From contig CAVFPH010000001.1 of NCBI GenBank assembly GCA_963624325.1, positions 32,211-96,210 of the forward strand: 64,000 bases of DNA. Reading direction: 5' to 3'. Below are positions 34,967 through 44,014 of the stretch, piece after piece. A program made the position numbers and the translations under genes. The stretch is from a bacterium (lineage in GTDB: Bacteria > Bacillota > Clostridia > Christensenellales > Aristaeellaceae). The stretch's first letter is position 1. Every line of letters starts with the position of its first letter. The notes under the pieces were generated by a model. That model was not told the origin of the DNA. It did no database searches and saw nothing but the letters and a program-made list of their open reading frames with translations.

Positions 34967-36109
34967 TCAAAGCAAATATGCTTCGGGAATGTTTTCGGCC
35001 ATGCGTTCTGCGCCCGAAAGGCTCGGATGCAGATGATCACCGCTGTCGCAATCGGGGCGGCGCAGATCGGGATCGGAATCTTCCCGCGTGAAAGCATCGA
35101 AATCCACCACGCCGTCTGCTTCCGTCTGCGTGCGAATCCAGTCATTTACCTTGTGACGAAGCACATCACGATCGGGCGTGTAGCTGCTCCATCCCTTGAT
35201 GGTCAAGATGGTGGCCAGGTAGACCTTCAGCCCGAGTGCATGCCCTTTTTGAATGTAGAAACGCAAACCTTCAATCAGCTCTTCGGCTGTCGGCAGATCG
35301 CTCCACGGACGGAACTGGCTGCCGTTCGGATGGATGATATCGTTTACGCCGTGGAGAATAATCACCCTGTCGGCACCGGCTGCATTGACTTCCGCCTCAA
35401 AACGGTCCAGACCGCTCGGACCGTAATGACGATTGATGACGTGGTGATAGGCACGCAGGACGCGGCTGCCGCCGATGCCGCGGCGGATGACGGAAAGATT
35501 GCCGGGACCGTCGCGCAGTACGCGCAGCATCAGATAATCAGGCCAGGACTGGGCGGTAATGCTGTCCCCGAAGCAAACCAGCGTATGGCAGTCCGCACTG
35601 CACAGAGCATCGACACCGGTCAGAAAATAGAATACATTCAAAGGAGCGGTATAGAAAGGATCCATCTGAGAGGAAGCGGCAAAATCTCCCTCAGCAAAGA
35701 AAGCCCTGCACAGCGGCCCGGTATCCTTGGTGCCGGAGGCCAAAAGCGTCATATCCTGCAGATACAGGCTGACGGCATAATCCTGGCCGCGCACAAGCGG
35801 AAATTCCACAATGTCGCTTTCGGCACTTCCGCCGGCAGCCATTTTGCAGGCATATTCGCCGCCGAAAGTGACAGGCAGCATGCGGGATTCATCCGTGTCA
35901 CTGCCCGATGTAACAGGGGCAACATACGCGCGGGTGATGACAACCTCCTGCTGCCCGCCGAGATTGCTCAGGTGCAGGCGGATCTTTTCGCCGTCCAGCA
36001 TGGCACGCAGCACATAGCGGAAAGTAATATCCTTGGCATAGCGCGCGGGATAAGGATCGGAAATAGAAGGGGACGAACCCCAGACAGCAACCCATTTTTC
36101 AGAATCCAT
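34967..36109 (-). CDS. SGNH/GDSL-family hydrolase
   Basis: Blocks FGDSIT (I), GIGGSRV (II), HGVNDI (III), DHLHPS (V). N-terminal beta-sandwich-like domain. ATG 36109 preferred because of AAAGGAG upstream. Confidence 0.75.
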   Translation of the reverse strand: MDSEKWVAVWGSSPSISDPYPARYAKDITFRYVLRAMLDGEKIRLHLSNLGGQQEVVITRAYVAPVTSGSDTDESRMLPVTFGGEYACKMAAGGSAESDIVEFPLVRGQDYAVSLYLQDMTLLASGTKDTGPLCRAFFAEGDFAASSQMDPFYTAPLNVFYFLTGVDALCSADCHTLVCFGDSITAQSWPDYLMLRVLRDGPGNLSVIRRGIGGSRVLRAYHHVINRHYGPSGLDRFEAEVNAAGADRVIILHGVNDIIHPNGSQFRPWSDLPTAEELIEGLRFYIQKGHALGLKVYLATILTIKGWSSYTPDRDVLRHKVNDWIRTQTEADGVVDFDAFTREDSDPDLRRPDCDSGDHLHPSLSGAERMAENIPEAYLL

Positions 36110-36237
36110 AAAGAAAAAAGCTCCTTTCGTAAATAACATCTAATCCCGCTGGATTATACCACAGCGTTTTTCGGTTGACAAGAAGCGGAGAGACTGATAT
36201 TATTATGAAAACGATAATTGAGGAGGAGATTGAAACT

Positions 36238-37089
36238 ATGCCCATGATCGAGATTAAAAATGAACAACTGACGGCTGTATTTTCTACCTTTGGCGCGGAG
36301 CTGCATTCCCTGCGCGGCAAGGATGGCGTGGAGCGGATCTGGCAGGGGGATCCGCAGTATTGGAAGAGTCATGCGCCGCTGCTTTTCCCCGTGGCCGGCG
36401 GACTGAAAGACGATGCCTATACCCTGGACGGCGTGCGCTACAGCCTTCCCAAGCACGGCTATGTAAGAAAGGTAGAATGGCAGCTGGAATCGCAGCAGGC
36501 GGACAGCGCAACCTTCCTGCTTACCCTGCAGCATCCCGGCTTCCCCTTCAAATATGAGCTTCGCGCGATTTATACCCTGCGCGATAACCATTTGCTGGTG
36601 GAATACAACACGAAAAATTTGGACACGCACGATTTCTGCTTTTCCATGGGTGCGCATGAGGCCTATGCCACGCCGGAAGGCATTGAAGAATATGAACTGG
36701 TCTTTGATGAGCCCGAAAGCTTTGACAGCAACCTCTTGTAGGGCTCGCTGATTACACATCAGACGGTTAACATGGGCAAAGATACAAAGGTGTTCAAGCT
36801 GCATCGCGAAGACTTTGAAAAGTACGATTCTCCCGTATTCCTGAACCTTAACAGCCGCGGCGTAACGCTGCAAAGCCATCTGCACGACAGAAAAATGCGG
36901 GTAGACTATCCCGAAATGAATGTTCTTCTGCTGTGGACCGTTCCCGGTGCGGGCTATATCTGCATTGAGCCTTGGCACAACGCCCCGGACTTTGTGGATA
37001 CGGACGGCGATATCCGCCGCAAGCCCGGCATTATTACCCTGCATCCCGGCGAGGAACGCAGCCTGTTCCATACCGTGACCGTGCTGTAA
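36238..37089 (+). pseudogene. aldose 1-epimerase-family (LacX-like) gene interrupted by one in-frame TAG
   Basis: ORFs 36175..36741 and 36772..37089 are in the same frame. The read-through sequence ...FDSNLL*GSLITHQTVNMGKDTKVF... is continuous. The N-half (LFPVAGGLKDDAYTLDGVRYSLPKHGYVR) and C-half (ICIEPWHNAPD) together make one mutarotase-fold protein of about 283 aa. AGGAGGAG RBS before ATG 36238. TAG at 36739-36741. Confidence 0.7.
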
Positions 37090-37134
37090 ATGCGGCATCC
37101 AAGGCTTACGGATAAACGTATAGGAGGCGCAGCT

Positions 37135-38205
37135 GTGAAAAAAAGCAAGATCCTCGGCATGCTGTTTGCGGCGATTCTTTTGGCCGCATTGCCTGTATGC
37201 GCAGTCGGAGAACAGCTGACGCTCTCCTTTATCGGGGACTGCAGCATCGGAGAGGCAATTCAGTACCGTGGAAGCGACGGCACATATACCGAAGTGCTGG
37301 ATGAAAAAGGCATGGATTGGCCTTTCTCCTTGGTGCGCCAATACCTGGATAACGATGATTTTACCTTTGCCAACCTTGAAGTTGTATTCACCGAGCGGAC
37401 AAGCCATACCGATAAGGTTTACCCACTGGTGGGACAGCCCAAGTATGCCCAGGTGTTGCTGCAGTCCGGCGTGGATGTGGTCAATACGGTGAATAATCAC
37501 TGCTTTGACTATTATCTTGAAGGCTATCAGGATACCTTGCAGACACTGGATGATCTGGGTTTCCGTCATTTCGGCAGCACCTACTTGGACAGCAAGACCC
37601 GCAAGCAGGATGTCGTCATGACTGCCGAGGTCAAGGGCATCAAGATCGGTGCAATCGGCTTTTCCATCCCGCAGGACAAGGATCTGCCGGACATCAAAGA
37701 GCGTATTGAAGAATTACGTGCGGCTGGCTGCGATTTGGTTGTTGTTTCCCTGCATTGGGGCAGAGAGACAAAAGCAGTGCCCGAAAGCTGGCAGTTTAAA
37801 TATGCCCGCAAGATAATTGATCTGGGAGCAGATGTGGTCTTCGGTCACGGCCCGCACGTCCTGCAGGCGGTGCAACTGTATAACGGCGGACTGATTATGT
37901 ACTCCACAGGCAATTTTACCTTTGGAACCATGTCCTCAAAGGTGGATCGCGATACGGGCATTTTCCAGGCAACGTATACAATTTCGGAGGAAGGCAAGCC
38001 TGTGCTGAGTGCCTTCAAACTGATTCCCTGCACAACAACGGGTTCGGGTGACTACCGTCCCTATGAGTTTACGGAGCAGGAAGACCGGGAGCGGGTATTC
38101 AAAAAGGTAATTTACAGCCGGGAGGTTACGAATATGACGAATCTTCCGCAAAGCTTTGCGCAGACCGGAGAGGTAAAAATCGAAAACGGTTTGCCGACGG
38201 AGTAA
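37135..38205 (+). CDS. CapA-family (PGA-synthesis-like metallophosphoesterase fold) exported protein
   Basis: GTG 37135 after AGGAGG. Signal peptide KILGMLFAAILLAALPVCAVG. Blocks FIGDCSIGE, NLEVVF, NTVNNHCFDY, VVSLHWGRE, VVFGHGPH, YSTGNF. Confidence 0.7.
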   Translation: MKKSKILGMLFAAILLAALPVCAVGEQLTLSFIGDCSIGEAIQYRGSDGTYTEVLDEKGMDWPFSLVRQYLDNDDFTFANLEVVFTERTSHTDKVYPLVGQPKYAQVLLQSGVDVVNTVNNHCFDYYLEGYQDTLQTLDDLGFRHFGSTYLDSKTRKQDVVMTAEVKGIKIGAIGFSIPQDKDLPDIKERIEELRAAGCDLVVVSLHWGRETKAVPESWQFKYARKIIDLGADVVFGHGPHVLQAVQLYNGGLIMYSTGNFTFGTMSSKVDRDTGIFQATYTISEEGKPVLSAFKLIPCTTTGSGDYRPYEFTEQEDRERVFKKVIYSREVTNMTNLPQSFAQTGEVKIENGLPTE

Positions 38206-38267
38206 AAAAATATTTTTGATTCAGCTCCTTAAATGGTACCCAACATTAAAACCGCATCACCGTGTAA

Positions 38268-38306
38268 AACAATCTGCCGGCCGTCTTCGGACCCCGGCAG
38301 ATTGTT
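38268..38306. other. orphan perfect 13-bp hairpin in a 292-bp gap
   Basis: AACAATCTGCCGG - CCGTCTTCGGACC - CCGGCAGATTGTT. No good T-run on the plus strand; only TTTTA on the minus strand. Confidence 0.5.
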
Positions 38307-38497
38307 CATTAGGGAATATTCTTGCCTGATTCATACGGATGACGGACAATCCAAACGCATTTTGTAATGAAAAGACAAAATAAACGGACATTTCGAAGCA
38401 AAAGTCCGGAAAAACGCCGGATACTGGACGAATTCCATTGATTATGCTATAATATCGCGGTATTCTATTATGCCGCTGATGATGTAAGGAGCACTGC

Positions 38498-38917
38498 ATG
38501 GTTAGAACCGGTATCGTGAAGTCCAAGAAAGGCGACACACTTCAGGTGTGCTTTGAAACGCCGGAGCATTGCGCGGGCTGTCGGGGATGCTCCCGCAGCT
38601 TTTTACCCAAAAGTGAATTGCTGACGGTGTTCGGCAATGCCGAGGTAGGGGATACGGTAGATGTTGAAATGCGCGAACAGCAGGCATTTCGGGCTACGCT
38701 GCTTGCCTATGCGGTACCGCTTTGTACGCTGCTGCTGGGATTGCTTGCCGGCTATTGGCTTGGCTTGTCGGATGCGCTGACGCTTTTGACGGCACTGGTC
38801 GGCCTTGCAATCGGATATTTTGCGGTGAAGCTTGTTGAACTGCAGCTTCGCCGCAATGCACAATGGCGCCCGACAATTGTTGCCGTGCATCGTCCCGATA
38901 CGGAAAGGAATGAATAA
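38498..38917 (+). CDS. RseC/MucC-family (SoxR-reducing-system type) membrane protein
   Basis: N-terminal Cys cluster VCFETPEHCAGCRGCS, then two TM helices (LLAYAVPLCTLLLGLLAGYWLG; LLTALVGLAIGYFAV). About 139 aa. Confidence 0.65.
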   Translation: MVRTGIVKSKKGDTLQVCFETPEHCAGCRGCSRSFLPKSELLTVFGNAEVGDTVDVEMREQQAFRATLLAYAVPLCTLLLGLLAGYWLGLSDALTLLTALVGLAIGYFAVKLVELQLRRNAQWRPTIVAVHRPDTERNE

Positions 38918-38924
38918 CAGGACA

Positions 38925-39251
38925 ATGAACGAAAAAAAGTTTACCGCAGCCAGTTTTGAGGCTGATGTGCTGAAAAGCGAAAAGCCCGTGCTGGTGGATT
39001 TCTGGGCAACCTGGTGCATGCCCTGCCGGATGCTTGCGCCTACGGTAGAGGAAGTGGCGGATGAAACCGTCGGCCGCGCGGTTGTCGGAAAAGTAAATGT
39101 GGATGAGGAAATGGAGCTGGCGCGCCGCTATCATGTGGCTTCGATTCCTACGCTGATTGTATTCGAAAACGGCGAAGAAGTCCGCCGCAGCGTGGGCGTC
39201 ATTGAAAAGGAAGATATTTTTGATCTGCTCGGATTGCCGATGCAGGGATAA
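38925..39251 (+). CDS. thioredoxin-fold protein with CMPC active site
   Basis: VLVDFWATWCMPCRMLAP and ...IPTLIVFENGEEV. About 108 aa from ATG 38925. The start is uncertain; an alternative ATG at 38910 overlaps the RseC-like stop region. Confidence 0.8.
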   Translation: MNEKKFTAASFEADVLKSEKPVLVDFWATWCMPCRMLAPTVEEVADETVGRAVVGKVNVDEEMELARRYHVASIPTLIVFENGEEVRRSVGVIEKEDIFDLLGLPMQG

Positions 39252-39446
39252 TTCACAAGAAAACAAGAAATAAATTTGTTATTTTTGATATAGCATTCCA
39301 CAGGCATTTGTGGTATGCTGAGCTTAGAATTGATCAGTCTGTGTGTTGGACTGAAAAATATAGGGATGTTTACTCAATGGGACTTGGGAAGGCAGAAGAG
39401 AGTGCTTCAGCCTTCGGTTCCGAACCGTGAAGAAAGTAGGGAAGCT

Positions 39447-41111
39447 ATGGCAAACACACCGAAACTGAGAATTATTCCGCTTGGAGGCGTAGACGAAATC
39501 GGCAAGAATATGACGGTCTTTGAGTATGACCGCGATATCATTGTTGTCGATTGCGGCTCTATGTTCCCCAAGGATGATATGCTGGGCATTGATCTGGTTA
39601 TTCCGGACGCCAGCTATCTGGTAGCCAACAAGGAGCGCGTACGCGGCTATGTGTTCACGCACGGGCATGAGGACCATATCGGCGCGGTGCCGTACGTGGT
39701 ATCGCAGATTCCCGCCCCGCTGTACGGATCCCGCCTGACGCTTGCGCTGATTGAAAACAAGCTGCGTGAGCATCATGTCAGCGGTGTACCGATGAATACC
39801 GTGGAAGCGCGGCAGGCGGTGCAGCTGGGCTGCTTTACCGTGCGCTTCATCAAAGTGAACCACTCCATTCCGGGTGCTTTTGCTCTGGCTATTACTTGCC
39901 CGATCGGCACGGTGGTCTGCTCCGGCGACTTTAAGGTGGACTTTACGCCCATTGACGGTGAAGTGACCGACCTGACCTCTCTGGCCGCAATCGGAAGCAA
40001 GGGCGTTTTGGCCTTGCTGTGCGAGAGCACCAACATCGAGCGCCCGGGCTATACCATGAGCGAGCGCAAAGTGGGGGATACCTTCTACGAGCAGATCAAC
40101 AACGCCCGCGGCAGGGTGATCATCGCCATGTTCTCCAGCAATGTGTCCCGCCTGCAGCAGGTTGTGGAGTGCGCAATTCACTATCACCGCAAAGTCTGCT
40201 TTGTGGGCCGCAGCATGGTGAATGTGACGGCTGTTGCCATGGAACTTGGGGAGCTGCGCATCCCGCAGGATACCTTGATTGATATTGATGACTTGGATAA
40301 ATATCGCGATGACGAGCTGGTTGTGCTGACTACCGGCAGTCAGGGCGAACCCATGAGCGGCTTGACGCGCATGGCCTTCTCCGAGCATCGCAAGCTGCAG
40401 ATCAAACAGTCCGATAAGATCATCATCAGCGCATCGCCCATTCCCGGCAACGAAGTGTTTGTTTCCCGCGTCATCAATCAGCTGTACCGCTGCGGGGCAG
40501 AGGTTATCTATGATGCCATGGCGGAAGTGCACGTTTCCGGCCATGCCTGCCAGGAAGAGATTAAGCTGATGCATACCCTGATCAAGCCCAAGTACCTGAT
40601 TCCTGTTCACGGCGAATATCGCATGCTGTGGCAGCACGGCGAACTGGCCGAATCAATGGGCATGCCCAGGCAGAATATCATCCTTCCCGAAATCGGCCAG
40701 GTGATTGAACTGGGGGCATCGGGCGTCAGCATTGCCGGCGAAGTGCCCAACGGCACTGTGCTGGTGGACGGTCTGGGTATCGGCGATGTGGGCAACGTTG
40801 TCCTGCGGGATCGCAAGCATTTGTCCCAGGATGGCCTGATTATTGTGGCCATGGCCTTTGACCGCACCAACTGCATGCTGGTTTCCGGACCGGATGTGAT
40901 CAGCCGCGGCTTCGTCTATGTGCGGGAGAATGAGGACATTATTGAAGGAATCCGCGAGACCGTGCGCAATATTATTGCCAGCTACGGCCGTATCGAAGGC
41001 AGTGATTGGCCCAGCATCAAGAACCGCATCAAGGATGAGCTGCACCGCTACATTTATGACAAGATCAAGCGCAATCCCATGATTTTGCCCATCATTGTGG
41101 ACTTGGGATAA
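39447..41111 (+). CDS. rnj: ribonuclease J
   Basis: MBL/beta-CASP: LRIIPLGGVDEIGKNMTVFEYD and HGHEDHIGAVPY. 554 aa from ATG 39447. The ORF-track start at 39315 is rejected. Confidence 0.9.
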   Translation: MANTPKLRIIPLGGVDEIGKNMTVFEYDRDIIVVDCGSMFPKDDMLGIDLVIPDASYLVANKERVRGYVFTHGHEDHIGAVPYVVSQIPAPLYGSRLTLALIENKLREHHVSGVPMNTVEARQAVQLGCFTVRFIKVNHSIPGAFALAITCPIGTVVCSGDFKVDFTPIDGEVTDLTSLAAIGSKGVLALLCESTNIERPGYTMSERKVGDTFYEQINNARGRVIIAMFSSNVSRLQQVVECAIHYHRKVCFVGRSMVNVTAVAMELGELRIPQDTLIDIDDLDKYRDDELVVLTTGSQGEPMSGLTRMAFSEHRKLQIKQSDKIIISASPIPGNEVFVSRVINQLYRCGAEVIYDAMAEVHVSGHACQEEIKLMHTLIKPKYLIPVHGEYRMLWQHGELAESMGMPRQNIILPEIGQVIELGASGVSIAGEVPNGTVLVDGLGIGDVGNVVLRDRKHLSQDGLIIVAMAFDRTNCMLVSGPDVISRGFVYVRENEDIIEGIRETVRNIIASYGRIEGSDWPSIKNRIKDELHRYIYDKIKRNPMILPIIVDLG

Positions 41112-41128
41112 CAGCCTGTGCTATAATA

Positions 41129-41157
41129 CCGACGGAGATTTTTTCTCCGTCGGTTTT
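41129..41157 (+). terminator. intrinsic terminator after rnj
   Basis: CCGACGGAGA-TTTTT-TCTCCGTCGG followed by TTTT. Confidence 0.7.
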
Positions 41158-41196
41158 GCTTTGCGCAAAGTTTGCAATAAACGGAAGGGAAAAACG

Positions 41197-41538
41197 ATGC
41201 AGATATACGATGAAGCCAATGCCTTGGCACGCTCGATTCGTGAAAGCGATGACTGCCGCACCTATCGTCAGCTGAAGCAGGAGATAGAAAACGACGAAAC
41301 CTCGCGCGCCCTGCTGCGTGAATATAAAAAACTGCAAATGCAGCTGCAGCTTTCCGCTGCCGCGGGGGCGGATGTCAGCGATGATGATTCACGGCGTTTC
41401 CAGCAAATCGGTGCTTTGCTGTTTTCCAATGAAAAAATATCCCGTTTTTTGCTGCTGGAGATGCGTCTGCAGCAGATGATGGCCGATGTTTTTAAAACCC
41501 TAAGCGAAGCGGCCGGACTGGATATGCCGGGCCTGTAA
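41197..41538 (+). CDS. YlbF/YmcA-family regulatory protein
   Basis: About 113-aa helical protein MQIYDEANALARSIRESDDCRTYRQLKQEIENDE...LLREYKKLQ. GGAAGGGA RBS. Confidence 0.7.
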   Translation: MQIYDEANALARSIRESDDCRTYRQLKQEIENDETSRALLREYKKLQMQLQLSAAAGADVSDDDSRRFQQIGALLFSNEKISRFLLLEMRLQQMMADVFKTLSEAAGLDMPGL

Positions 41539-41551
41539 GCGGGAGGCAGAA

Positions 41552-42754
41552 TTGAGAAAAAGAAAGCGTTGGCAAGAGCAGCAGGAAGAATACAGCTATG
41601 CGCAGCTGATGGAAGAACGTGAGTACGGGCTGTTCTGGTATAGCTGGCTGTGGCATATCCTGCGCCCGATCCTGGTAATTGTTTGCGTATGCGTGCTTGT
41701 TATCGGCATCTTTGCAACAGGATGGCGCTGTATTTGTGCGCGGTATGTAGATCCCGTGAATGCGGACAGCACGGCTGCCGTCACATTTGAAGTGAAAAGC
41801 GGCAGCTCGCTTACGAGGGTTGCCAACAACTTGGAAACGGCAGGCCTGATACGCAACCGATCGGTATTTAAGTATTATGCGGATTTTTTGGGCTACGGGC
41901 AGAAAATACAGGCGGGCACTTATACGCTTTCGCCATCCATGACGCTCCGCGAGATTGCCGAACAGCTGACACGCGGAGACGGCACGCCGCTGGTGCGGAA
42001 TATTACCATTATTGAAGGCTGGACCGTCGAAAATATTGCCGAATATCTGAAAAAGGAAGGCATTATTGCCGACGAAGAGCGGTTCCTGAGCCTCTGCTGC
42101 AGCGGCGAGCAGTATTCTGCCTACTACTACATTGCCGATGTGCTGGCGACAACCAATTGCAGCCAACGGATCTACGTGCTGGAGGGTTATCTCTCTCCCA
42201 ATACATATGAGATATACACCGGTGCCGCGGCAGATGAAATCATAAAGAAATTGCTTTCGCAGACCGAAGCGGTATTCCGGGATGAATGGCATGACCGCGC
42301 AGATGAACTCGGCATGACCATGGATCAGGTGATTACACTGGCTTCGTTGATCGAAAAAGAGGCAAAGCAGGGTGATTTTGCCCGCGTTTCCGCCGTTTTC
42401 CATAATCGGCTGAAAATCAATATGTCGCTTGACAGCGATGTGACGATCAAATATGTTACCGGCACGACGCGGATGAGCCTGAACAACAGCGATTTGTCTG
42501 TTGATTCGCCCTATAACACTTATCGCAACAAGGGCCTGCCGCCGGGGCCGATCTGCAATCCGTCGGCCGCCGCGATTGAGGCTGCGCTGTATCCCGATGA
42601 AACTTACGTGGCGCAAAACTACCTGTATTTCTGCTCAAAAGATCCGGATACGGGTGAACTTTACTTCTCCAGAACACTTGAAGAGCATGAAGCAGCGGTA
42701 AAAATCTATGCCCCGCTGTGGCAGGCTTACGATGAAAAAACGGGAGCGAAATAA
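41552..42754 (+). CDS. mltG: endolytic murein transglycosylase MltG (YceG-like)
   Basis: TTG start 5 nt after GGGAGG. N-terminal TM, LysM-like segment, and YceG core (YLSPNTYEIY, ASLIEKEA, SPYNTYRNKGLPPGPICNPS). Confidence 0.85.
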   Translation: MRKRKRWQEQQEEYSYAQLMEEREYGLFWYSWLWHILRPILVIVCVCVLVIGIFATGWRCICARYVDPVNADSTAAVTFEVKSGSSLTRVANNLETAGLIRNRSVFKYYADFLGYGQKIQAGTYTLSPSMTLREIAEQLTRGDGTPLVRNITIIEGWTVENIAEYLKKEGIIADEERFLSLCCSGEQYSAYYYIADVLATTNCSQRIYVLEGYLSPNTYEIYTGAAADEIIKKLLSQTEAVFRDEWHDRADELGMTMDQVITLASLIEKEAKQGDFARVSAVFHNRLKINMSLDSDVTIKYVTGTTRMSLNNSDLSVDSPYNTYRNKGLPPGPICNPSAAAIEAALYPDETYVAQNYLYFCSKDPDTGELYFSRTLEEHEAAVKIYAPLWQAYDEKTGAK

Positions 42755-42758
42755 ACAA

Positions 42759-43985
42759 ATGATGGAATTGCTGTCCCCGGCAGGGGGAATGGAGCAGCTT
42801 CAGGCAGCGGCGCGCTTCGGCGCAGACGCGGTGTACGGCGGCTTGAAAAAATTCGGTCTGCGCGCTTCGGCAGGAAATTTCGATTGGGATGAGCTGCAAA
42901 GTGCGCTTGACCTTCTGCACGAAAAAAAGAAAAAATTTTACCTGACACTCAACGTCCTGCCCTATGATGACGAGATGGAGGAACTTGGACAAACGGCCAG
43001 ACGGGCTGCAGAAGCGGGGGTGGATGCAGCCATCGTCAGCGATCTCGGCGCGTTTGCATATCTTCGCCGTGAGGTGCCCGAGCTTCCTTTGCATGTCAGC
43101 ACACAGGCGAATGTAATGAATTCCGAGGGCGCAGCGCTGTTTGCGTCCCTTGGTGCAGAGCGTGTTGTCTTATCCCGCGAGCTGTCCTTGGAACGCATCG
43201 CGCAGATACGAAAAAGGCTTGACGATCGTGTGGAATTGGAGGCCTTTGTGCACGGCGCCATGTGCATGGCACATTCCGGCCGCTGCATGATGAGCGATCA
43301 TTTGGCCGGGCGCGGCGGAAATCGGGGCGCCTGCGCGCAGCCCTGCCGTTGGCAGTATACGGTAACGGAGCTGAAGCGCCCTGATGAACCGATGCCCGTA
43401 ATGGAAGATGAGCGCGGCACCTATATTTTTTCCGCTTACGATCTGAATATGCTGTCCTACCTGCCGGAAATGCAAAAAGCCGGGATTGCATCGTTGAAAA
43501 TAGAAGGACGCATGAAGACCGCATATTATGTTGCGACGGTTACGCAGATATACCGCAAGGCACTGGATCTTTTGTCAATCGGCGAGGATTGCTACCGCGA
43601 ATCCCTGCCCAAATTGCAGGAGGAGCTGCTGAAAGTAAGCCATCGCAGCAGCAATACGGGATTTTATTTCGGCGCGCCGAAGCCCGCATCGGGCGCCGAA
43701 GGCTTTTCACAAACAATGGAGTTTGTCGGCCGTATACTGGGCATGCGCGAGGGCAGTATGATGGTAGAGGTGAAAAACCGCTTTCATGTGGGGGATGTCC
43801 TGGAGGCAGTGACGCCGTCCGGAACAAAGCAGTTTACGGTTGCGAAAATCCGCAGCTGTACAGACGGTGCCGAAATGCAATATGTTTCGGTGGCCGGACA
43901 GCAGGTACTGATTCCCGTCGATTTTGAAGCCGAAAACGGAGACTACCTGCGCGGACCAAACCGCAACCATCGCCAGTCACAGTAA
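42759..43985 (+). CDS. U32-family peptidase-like protein
   Basis: U32 signature EAFVHGAMCMAHSGRCMMS. N-terminal ELLSPAGG...AVYGG. The start (ATG 42759 versus 42732) is uncertain. Confidence 0.85.
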   Translation: MMELLSPAGGMEQLQAAARFGADAVYGGLKKFGLRASAGNFDWDELQSALDLLHEKKKKFYLTLNVLPYDDEMEELGQTARRAAEAGVDAAIVSDLGAFAYLRREVPELPLHVSTQANVMNSEGAALFASLGAERVVLSRELSLERIAQIRKRLDDRVELEAFVHGAMCMAHSGRCMMSDHLAGRGGNRGACAQPCRWQYTVTELKRPDEPMPVMEDERGTYIFSAYDLNMLSYLPEMQKAGIASLKIEGRMKTAYYVATVTQIYRKALDLLSIGEDCYRESLPKLQEELLKVSHRSSNTGFYFGAPKPASGAEGFSQTMEFVGRILGMREGSMMVEVKNRFHVGDVLEAVTPSGTKQFTVAKIRSCTDGAEMQYVSVAGQQVLIPVDFEAENGDYLRGPNRNHRQSQ

Positions 43986-44014
43986 TATAATTGGCAGCAT
44001 CTGGAGGAATAGCT

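Noticed and set aside
36739-36741. In-frame TAG as pyrrolysine or programmed recoding
   Set aside because: TAG terminates at least two other well-supported genes in the window, at 14546-14548 and 19983-19985. There are no pyl genes or recoding signals nearby. A nonsense mutation or sequencing error is the simpler explanation.
38257-38538. 93-aa minus-strand ORF in the CapA/RseC gap
   Set aside because: It overlaps the start of the RseC-like gene, has no RBS, and has an odd composition. The hairpin at 38268-38306 would lie inside it.
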